From a virus (Duplodnaviria > Caudoviricetes), in the IMG/VR virus record IMGVR_UViG_3300020440_000056, positions 1-30,320 of that record: a stretch of DNA of 30,320 nucleotides; one strand, 5' to 3'. Positions 9,280 to 18,100 of the stretch are shown here, piece after piece. The position numbers and the translations under genes were made by a program. Below the pieces are notes generated by a model. It saw only the letters and a program-made list of their open reading frames with translations, searched no databases and had not been told where the DNA came from. The stretch's first letter is position 1; each line of letters starts with the position of its first letter.

Positions 9280-11664
9280 TTATAACCTCATATTCCAACC
9301 TTTAGACCTAAGGAACTCAATTTGTTCTACAGCATCTCCAGTTGGAGTTGATGTATTTGCTAGGTTTACGCTTATGCCACCACGTGGATTTGCTTCGTAA
9401 TTTGCAACAAGGTCTGCTACTATATTATTTACCGCACCTGCAGGTAAGTTTGGATTGTTACTAACATCAAATCTATATAATGACCTACATGAAACTAACG
9501 CTCCTGCTACATAGTCAGTAAAATCATTATTATTTAGATAGAAATCATAACACAATGTCAAATTATTCATGTCAGGTATAGCGCCTGTAATTAGATTGTA
9601 ACTTACAAACAGTCGTCTTAGATTAGGTGTTTGTAAACCACCAAACGATGTTAGTCTATTACTATGTACGTAAAAGTATTGAAGTGCATTACTTTGTACT
9701 ACAGGTATAGCTCCTTCAAACAAGTTACCATACAAGTGACAGTAGTATAAGTTTGGATTGTTAAAGAAGTTTGGAAGTGGACCTGTAAAGTTATTTTGCA
9801 GCATAACAATATAACGCAAGTTTTGCATTGTATTAAGACTTGGAAATGCTCCACTCACACCTGCATTAAAACTTCTAAATACTATTCCAATCATTCCAGT
9901 TGGTTTTTCAAAACAATCAGGATGCATAGGTGCATTTAATAAGCTACTACTTGCTACATGAAAATAACGCATAGCACTTGCACAATCGTCAAACACATCA
10001 TCGTATAATACATATTCTTGTTCTGTATCTGAACGTCCACCACGTAGTGCTGTGTATTGTCCTTGGAAATAGTAAAGTTGTGAATTACCTGCGAACTTAG
10101 GTATAGGACCAGTATATGCACTGCTGTAACAGTAAATTAATCTAAGGTTGCCACAGTTTGCAAATTTGTATGCACCTGATGTTGTAGTAAACAAGTTTCG
10201 ATCTGCAGGCACATTTGCTGCAGCATTGTAGTGCGAGTAAAAATTTTGTAGAGAAGTTTTATTTGCACAGTTAGGAATGTTGATACCCGGATTACCACCT
10301 ATGTTTATGTAGTTGATTACAGGACTTGCAAATTGCATGCTATCGTCAGTAATTGTATTACTATATAAATTTATTTGTCTTAGGTCAGGTAAGTCTTTTA
10401 CACTTTGCGGTACTACGTTAAAACTATTCCTATACATGTAATAATTTTGTACAGTGTTTGCTACCTCTGGTGTAGAACCAGTTGGGTCGTCTGCATCTTG
10501 ATCGTAGTAATTATAAGCACCACCTCTATTATGACCATTTAGGTTAAGAGTAAGTAGATTGGTCAATGTTGTTAGATCTGCTGTAATACTACCATTAAAT
10601 GTATTACCCATTCTAATTTCTCTAACACTTGTAGGTATCCTTGCTAAAACACTGGAGTTGAACTTACGTAAATTTGCATCATCACCTAATGTAAAATTAT
10701 TTTCTCTTACGTCTAGTAATCTTACATTTGGTACAAAGTTATTAAAGTCGGGGAATGTTTTAATAATGTTGTTATTAACATATAGATTTTGACAGTTCTC
10801 TAATGAAGCTGCTGGTAACTCACTCATGCCAATACCTGTCAAAGGTAATGTTAATATGTTATTTGGGTTATGATAGATTTCTACATTCTTTGACGCCGCA
10901 CCTGTGTCTCTATATCTTAAAAAACTTCTTGTTGTATTAGAGCCGCCTATATTTTCATATTCTTTTGTAAGGTAATCGAACTGGTTATTTACAATACGCC
11001 AGCTTACTGCTCCACTTGTAACTAATCTAAGGTCGCTGTCTAAGTTTCTAAAAAACCCTTCAAAAACTAATGGTATGCCTTTCATTGCATACAGGTATAC
11101 AGTTTGTCCGCCTATAGTTGCTTGTATTTTATGTGTGGGTACTTCTGAACTTCTAAAACGCACTGTGTCTGCAGACTTTAATATTTCAAGGGAAGTAGTT
11201 TCTATTGGTCCATCGACTTCAATTTGACTGCCATAAAAAATTGGACTAGTATCTGTAGCAGGGCTGTCTGTACTACTCCAACTACTAACACGACTTGTAC
11301 TAATATCTGCAAATTTTAATGTACTGTTGTCATCGTCAATGTATTGATATTTAATTGCGCCTGCTCCAAGTACACCATTTACTGTTAAATTACCTTTGAG
11401 TGATTCACTTGTGCCAGAAGTTTGATCAATAATACTAGCATATTGTAGTGTGTCTTGATATAATTTTACAAGGTATGTTTGCACAGGTACATTAAGCCCA
11501 CTAAGAGCTTTTACATCATCTGCTGTAATACCTAGGTCGCCAGCCGCACCTCTAATTATATCTAAGTCATTGATATCTATACCTAGGTTTGATAATGCCG
11601 CTGCAGGGTCTTGTACATCTGCAAGATTCCTGTTTACGTTTAGACCAAATTTAATCTCTGCCAT
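9280..11664 (-). CDS. Leucine-rich-repeat protein with fibre-type N-terminal anchor, 794 aa
   Basis: Many LxxLxLxxN units, e.g. LENCQNLYVNNNII, VRLLDVRENNFT, LRQINLYSNTIT, LRYIVMLQNNFTGPLP, LRRLFVSYNLITGAIP. C-terminal cap ...IEFLRSKGWNMRL. TAATG-coupled to the upstream gene. Confidence 0.85.
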   Translation of the reverse strand: MAEIKFGLNVNRNLADVQDPAAALSNLGIDINDLDIIRGAAGDLGITADDVKALSGLNVPVQTYLVKLYQDTLQYASIIDQTSGTSESLKGNLTVNGVLGAGAIKYQYIDDDNSTLKFADISTSRVSSWSSTDSPATDTSPIFYGSQIEVDGPIETTSLEILKSADTVRFRSSEVPTHKIQATIGGQTVYLYAMKGIPLVFEGFFRNLDSDLRLVTSGAVSWRIVNNQFDYLTKEYENIGGSNTTRSFLRYRDTGAASKNVEIYHNPNNILTLPLTGIGMSELPAASLENCQNLYVNNNIIKTFPDFNNFVPNVRLLDVRENNFTLGDDANLRKFNSSVLARIPTSVREIRMGNTFNGSITADLTTLTNLLTLNLNGHNRGGAYNYYDQDADDPTGSTPEVANTVQNYYMYRNSFNVVPQSVKDLPDLRQINLYSNTITDDSMQFASPVINYINIGGNPGINIPNCANKTSLQNFYSHYNAAANVPADRNLFTTTSGAYKFANCGNLRLIYCYSSAYTGPIPKFAGNSQLYYFQGQYTALRGGRSDTEQEYVLYDDVFDDCASAMRYFHVASSSLLNAPMHPDCFEKPTGMIGIVFRSFNAGVSGAFPSLNTMQNLRYIVMLQNNFTGPLPNFFNNPNLYYCHLYGNLFEGAIPVVQSNALQYFYVHSNRLTSFGGLQTPNLRRLFVSYNLITGAIPDMNNLTLCYDFYLNNNDFTDYVAGALVSCRSLYRFDVSNNPNLPAGAVNNIVADLVANYEANPRGGISVNLANTSTPTGDAVEQIEFLRSKGWNMRL

Positions 11665-14600
11665 TAATCTTCCTTTGTAGTCACACTAGCACTTACTAAG
11701 TTAACATCGTTATTTTCTAAACTTCTAGCTGTAATAAATGTTGCTGTAGTATTTAATATTCCTGGAGTAATAGTTGTTCTATCCGGTCCATACACACTGT
11801 CTAAGCCAACTGTGTTATTTCGATTTGGTGCAACATACAATGTATCTTTTAATTTACCAGGTCTCAATGGTTGTGAATTTTGAACATCTACACTTGTACT
11901 TGCTAGTCTTTCTTTTTCTAAATAATTAGCAGCTGGAACTCCGGAACTTGCTCCTCCTGAGAATACAACATCAACACCATCGTTAGATATCCAGTCGGGG
12001 CAAAAAGCTCTTGTTGTACCATTGATATACTCAGTTATAGTAACATTATTCATTCTTGCATTGTCGCGCATAAACACAACTAGGTACAAAGGTTTTGGTT
12101 GGAAGCTGAAAATTTGTACTTTGTTGACTCCTTTAAGAGGATCCCCTGTATTGGTTTTATCTCTAATTCTCACAGGACTAAGTTTTAGTGTGAATGCCGC
12201 ACTACTTGGTGCACCGTTTATGTCTGCATAATATTTTTCGTTTTCTTCACTGTCAACATATGTTTTTAATGCACTTGTAAATCTAATACCACTCGGTGTA
12301 TCACCATCACCAAATTCGCCACCAATAAGATTAAATCCATTGATAAGTTCGCTTGGTTCGTCATCAAATATTATTACATTACTAGAAAGTCCGCTTACAG
12401 GGTCAGTTGAGCTGTATGTTACTGTGAATTCTAATCTATCTTCAATAGTAAACGCTAAAGCAGAACATATGCCACTATCTGTGCCCTGCGGTCTTGGCAA
12501 ACGATAATCTATGTCATAGCGAATTCCTAATGGTGCATCTCCTTCTCGTTCTTCATAACCGTCTCTGTCTCTATATAAACTACTATGTGTAAATTCAGCA
12601 TATAGCACATCACCTAAGTCTGGTTCTACTTCTGTAACACCGTCACTTTGTAAAAATTTGACTTTTGGTATTGGTGTTCCTAAAGCATTATTAGTTGTAA
12701 CAATGATGGGTTTGTTTTCTGTGACACCTACAATAAATTCACAAAATTGTGTACCTTCTTGTGTAACAGGATTTAAAAAGTTACAGTCAAATCCATCTCC
12801 TGTAATAGGATAAGTGCTACCTGCAATAGCATCATAATAACTAGTAAAGCGTACAGCTGATGTGTCAACCGATGTTCTATCAACCAATTGCCCATTTAAT
12901 ATAACTTGAGTGTCTATTGTACCAGTTGCACTTTTTTCATATAATCCATCAAAGCCGATACGTTCAATATTTGCTGTACTCTCGCTTGTTACTTTTGCAT
13001 AACAGCTATTAATACCCGGCACAATCAATTTACTATCATCATCTTTTGTTCTAAATATAGGATCACCGTCTACAGTTCCGCCGCTTGTGTATGCAGCAAA
13101 CCCGCTTGTATCTATTTCAGATACATATTCTGGATCACTGTAAATTGCAAACTGTGTGTCACTTAAGATATCAATGTAGTATGTTTGTAAATTTACTTCC
13201 GTCATACCTAAAACATTTTCTAATGTTACTTTTTGTCCGTCAAAAAACCCATGTGCAACATCTGTAGTTACGATGCCTGGATTGCCTTGTGTAATATTAG
13301 TAATGTTCACTTGTGTCTGCGGATTTGTAGTTATTTCATTGCCTGCACCATTGATGTTTATACTTCTTATAACACCATTTTGATTGCTGTGCAGACTTGG
13401 AGCATAGTGATGTCCAAATGCAGGACAGCCGTTTATTTCAACTACCTGTACTTCTGTAAGTTGATCACAATCTATTTTTAAATCTACTGGGTAAACATTT
13501 TTCTTGTTAGGTTTTGCTACTCCGTCGCTATTTTTTATTTCACGTTTAGGATAAATTCCTGCAACACTAGTTTGTCTTGCATTATTGATTGCTTTGTCGT
13601 CACTTGTATAACAGTAGTATTTTCCTGCACTATTATCGCCGCCATCAATGTAACATGATGCACCGTATTTGTAAAGATATTGTGGTTCTCTTATGTTACT
13701 AGTATTTCTAATGTCTTGTAAATATCTAAATTTGAAATAAGGATCTTGCAAACAAGGTTCGCCTAGTTGATTTTCAATAGTAAGAGTATGCAAAAGCACC
13801 CAACGTGCATCGCCTGTGTCGGTTGGAATGTATGCATAAAACTTAGCGCCAATTGCTCCATACCAGCCAAATTCGATTTTGTACATAGTAACTTTTGTAG
13901 GATCAAGCAAGTAACCCGATCTACCATTTCCGTCCAACGGATCTCCATTAAAGAAATCTCTTGTAATTACAAGTTCAAAAAATTCGTCTGTATTAAATGG
14001 TTCTCTACTTTGTACTGTTTGTTGTGCTGTATTATTAAAGCCCATTCTTTGCAATACTTCATTAGGCAACCTAACCGTGCTTCTACGCACAATGTTAAAC
14101 TGAGGTCCTCTCATTTGGAATACATATTCGTCGGTAGGATTACCTATTCCCCATTCTATTATGTTATCTATACTTGCTTCGTCCCTGCTTGCTCTAAAAC
14201 CAAATGTAAAACCTGAAATACGCCCCGGTTGGTATCTATATGCTTTTTTACTTTGTAAAAGTCCAAAATAGTTTGCGGTATCACTTGCACCCGGTCTTGT
14301 ATTTGTAGCATCATAGCCCGAAGGAAATCTAATTGGTAGATTAGTATCAGGGTCTAATAGTAGGCCGTCACGCATATTCATCCATGCTTGGCACCAGTTT
14401 TCTAGTAAGTCATAACCCAGTTGTTCATCGTCTGGATATACAACATCGCCATCTTGTGTAAAACATAACGAAGAATCTAAGAAGTTTTCTTTTGCAAATA
14501 GCTCGTTATTATCGGCAACATATCTATCGTATAAATTATTTCCAAGATCAATAAATGATAGGAACCTAGCAAATACCGCTGGATTATATCCACCGTTTAC

Positions 14601-15110
14601 ATAGTTAGGTCCTGGTGGAAAAGTAAATGCAACCGGAAAGCTCTCAACAACTAGTGCTTGTTCATTAGTTTCTTCAACTAATCTAGTAAAGAAATGATTA
14701 CCGTAAACGCGATTGCGTCTTGTATACCAACCTGCTGGCCTGCCAAAAATTCCGTTAAACTCAAAGAATTCCCATTCTTCCTCGTTAACACCATATGTAC
14801 TTACATCACTAAACAAACTAAGTTGTACTTCTGCTCTAGGTACACCCAAAAGAGTTGTACTAACTTGAGATGTCTCAGCAAACTGTTCTATAACATCTAA
14901 TTCTGTATTTTCAATTACCGCATTGTTTATAACCACGCTGGTACTATTTTCTGCTTTAGCAAGAGCTGCTACCGGACCTTCATCTTCTGTAACAATTACG
15001 TTACCATTAGAGTCTCTAAGAGGAACACCTTTTACAATGTCATATAGAGGTACAAACGTTTTCGATGTTGGTATAGGTATTCTGTCGAACCCTATTTTGA
15101 TTTGAGGCAT
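11664..15110 (-). CDS. Large virion structural protein, 1148 aa, paralogue of the 1579-aa protein, with an E1-FCCH-like beta-barrel insert
   Basis: Motifs YRYQPGRISGFTFG, KVTMYKIEFGWYGAIGA and KYGASCYIDGGD are shared with 15114..19853. The insert ITNITQGNPGIVTTDVAHGFFDGQKVTLENVLGMTEVN...IDTSGFAAYTSGG lies at about 13078-13308. Confidence 0.8.
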   Translation of the reverse strand: MPQIKIGFDRIPIPTSKTFVPLYDIVKGVPLRDSNGNVIVTEDEGPVAALAKAENSTSVVINNAVIENTELDVIEQFAETSQVSTTLLGVPRAEVQLSLFSDVSTYGVNEEEWEFFEFNGIFGRPAGWYTRRNRVYGNHFFTRLVEETNEQALVVESFPVAFTFPPGPNYVNGGYNPAVFARFLSFIDLGNNLYDRYVADNNELFAKENFLDSSLCFTQDGDVVYPDDEQLGYDLLENWCQAWMNMRDGLLLDPDTNLPIRFPSGYDATNTRPGASDTANYFGLLQSKKAYRYQPGRISGFTFGFRASRDEASIDNIIEWGIGNPTDEYVFQMRGPQFNIVRRSTVRLPNEVLQRMGFNNTAQQTVQSREPFNTDEFFELVITRDFFNGDPLDGNGRSGYLLDPTKVTMYKIEFGWYGAIGAKFYAYIPTDTGDARWVLLHTLTIENQLGEPCLQDPYFKFRYLQDIRNTSNIREPQYLYKYGASCYIDGGDNSAGKYYCYTSDDKAINNARQTSVAGIYPKREIKNSDGVAKPNKKNVYPVDLKIDCDQLTEVQVVEINGCPAFGHHYAPSLHSNQNGVIRSININGAGNEITTNPQTQVNITNITQGNPGIVTTDVAHGFFDGQKVTLENVLGMTEVNLQTYYIDILSDTQFAIYSDPEYVSEIDTSGFAAYTSGGTVDGDPIFRTKDDDSKLIVPGINSCYAKVTSESTANIERIGFDGLYEKSATGTIDTQVILNGQLVDRTSVDTSAVRFTSYYDAIAGSTYPITGDGFDCNFLNPVTQEGTQFCEFIVGVTENKPIIVTTNNALGTPIPKVKFLQSDGVTEVEPDLGDVLYAEFTHSSLYRDRDGYEEREGDAPLGIRYDIDYRLPRPQGTDSGICSALAFTIEDRLEFTVTYSSTDPVSGLSSNVIIFDDEPSELINGFNLIGGEFGDGDTPSGIRFTSALKTYVDSEENEKYYADINGAPSSAAFTLKLSPVRIRDKTNTGDPLKGVNKVQIFSFQPKPLYLVVFMRDNARMNNVTITEYINGTTRAFCPDWISNDGVDVVFSGGASSGVPAANYLEKERLASTSVDVQNSQPLRPGKLKDTLYVAPNRNNTVGLDSVYGPDRTTITPGILNTTATFITARSLENNDVNLVSASVTTKED

Positions 15111-15113
15111 TTA

Positions 15114-18100
15114 TTATTGCTCCTCCCATGTCAAGCTGGCACTCAACGAAACTAAAGGTGTATCACTATTAGTATTATTACTAAAAGTTGCTAAGAATAG
15201 AGTTTCTAGCTGATCTGTAAGTGGAAAACTTATATACTCTTTGTTGTAATCGAAATAAGTTGCCAAATCAAATTCTTCAGCACCTGGAGCAACATAGTAA
15301 CTTGCTAATTCAGTTCCTGTTCCTGGTATTGGAGTTTGTGCTCGTAGAGCAACTTCAACTGAACTTAAACGCTCTTTTTCAAATGTTGTTTCACTTGATG
15401 TAAGCACGTTTCCGTTTGGATCAAACACTCCCTCTTTTAAGAATGTTGCGCCTGAAGCAATTACTAACGAACCATTGTAAATCTCTGTTGGATAAAAATA
15501 GTAGTTGTCATTTGCTTTCTCTAATCTTCCTAATACACTTATAAGTGTTTCAGAGCCATTTAAACTTGCACGGAAGTAACCGTAAGTAAAGTCTCCATTT
15601 TGTGAAAGATAATCTGTTGATGTAGTAGATAGTACATACGATTGATTTACATCTACGCTTGCTGTGGTTGCAAAACTACCTGTTGTTCCTACTGTTGTTT
15701 GGAACGTTGGAGTTTTAACTAATGTCATTTTAGCATTTGTCGATCCATCACTGCCCACACTTAAACGTGTTGGATATACCTGTACTCTATTTCTAACATC
15801 GTCACCATTACCTGATGTGATATTATCTTTTGTTTTAAGTCCATACAGCAAAGCAGGTCTATCTACTATTAAGTTTATTGTTGAAACGTTACTAACTGGT
15901 TTATTTAGATATAGGTCATTTCCGTCTATCCAAATAACTTTAACATTTTGATCTTGTGAGTTACCTGTAATTACTCTTGCATTCATGTAATATGTATTAA
16001 TTGCAGGAGCGTCAGTACCTGTTGTGTCAGGATCTAAGTTGGTTACACTAAAATATGGTGTTACAGGATCTGTTGCGTTTGTAGCATTTACACCCAATTT
16101 ATATTTTGAACCATTAATATCTGTAGGCGTTTCACTACTATGGTTAAACAGCCTGACTGTACCACGGTCACCACCATCAATGTAGTAAGAAGCACCATAT
16201 TTAACTAGGCTTTCTGAATAACTACCATATGGGTTTTGAAGCCTATTAGCATTTGGAACACCAAAGCGTGATTCGCTTCCGCCGCCATATACTAGGTATG
16301 TAATTGGAAGAGTAGCATTACCCAGTGAAGATATCTTCAATTGGTTTGAACAACGTAAATGATGCACTCTAACCCAACGTGCTTCCCCATTGTCTACTGG
16401 AACATAAGCTAGGAACAATGCACCAACAGCACCATACCAACTAAACTCAACTTTAAGCATGGTTACCTTACTAAAATCTAAATCCCAAACTGATGTTTGT
16501 TCTTGTGCAGATACGCCTGTCCCTAAGAACAGTTCACCTGCTTTTTTGTCTAGTACGTTATCACTATAAACACTATTACGTGTTGTTCCATCTAAACTAT
16601 CTCCTGAGAATCTAGTTCTTCCAACCCTATATTCATACACTGAATAAAATGTTGGATCAACATGATCTCTAACCCAAGTTTTATACTTGTAGTTTAGATT
16701 ATCAATTTGTGTTCTTAAAGATGCTGCATCTGTACTTGTGTCAATTGCTGTATCAATATAGCCTATTGTAACATCTGATGGGTCTGCAGGTAGTGTACCT
16801 GATGATGTATACATGTATGGGAACATACCATCGTAACGCTCTTCAACACCTGCTAGTCCAAATGACTTAGCGTATTCTGTTGGGAAAATAAATGGAACTG
16901 GTGTTTCTATGTAGTGTTCTGTTCCTGCACCTGTAAGTGTTATTACTGTGTTATTACTTGCATTTACATCAAACTGATTAAAATCTGCTACTGCAGGGTC
17001 CATTAGTGTGATTGTGTTACCCTTAGGACCTTGTACTTCACTTACCCAATATGTTTTACCATCTGTAAGTTCTGGACAATCTCCATAATAGTTTACGTAC
17101 TGTCCTATTATGACACTTCCTTCTGCAAGTGTAAATGTATTGTTAGTTGTATCTATTTGTGCTGGTGTTTTTATACGCTTTTTAAGTAGTGTTGGATCAT
17201 ATACACCTGCATGTACCATTATTAATCCATCACGTAAAATTACTAAATCACCAAACTGTCCTGCTGAACCGTAGTCAACCGCACCTGTATATTCAGTTGT
17301 GAAGTTATTGATAATAGTATCTGTTAGTGTAAGGAGTTTATCTCTTTGTGCTGTTGATAAAGCAAATCTTGTTGTCATACTCTTAATCTGTACAACCTGA
17401 GCATCTGTCCTAGTAACATCAACTAAACTGTTTGATGTAAGCAGATCTTTTAAGTATTGGTGTCTTGCTACTTCTGCAACAACTCCGCCGCTGGTTTGTG
17501 AGTAAACTTTTAATTGTCCGTCACTGTAATATTTGAATGCATTATATGCTGTTGCGGCATTGCCTCCAAACTGAAGATCGCTTCCGTAACCATTCATTAT
17601 GTATTTTACGTCTCTAATACATTTGTATTTTAGAACTCTTTCAAAGTCTGCTGGATCTGCACCATCTGGTAAGTGAGTTGCTGTATCGTATGTTAGACTT
17701 TGACTAATTAAGTAACCATAGTACAAAGAATATACGCTAAAGATTGTTTCAACTTTACTACGCTGTCCATATGTTGCGCCTGCAATCTGTGCGTCAGTAA
17801 TTGCACCAGTTACTCCACCTGGACCTTCTTGTGCTGGGTATGATCCAGAACCGTTTGCTGTTACAGCTTGGATTTGATATTTTGCAAGATCACCAACCTT
17901 TGTTCTTGCCGCAAGTTCATTAATACCTGCAAGTGTATCTCTTATCTTATTTCTGAAAAAGTAGTGTGTTTCGCCCTCACGCTCTGCATCAGCTAAAATT
18001 CCTGTGTCGTATGTTGCGGCATTTGCAACAATATGTCCGTTGCCACCCCAACGTAAATCATTTATATATGCATCTAGTGCAAACTCTAAATCTCTTTTAC

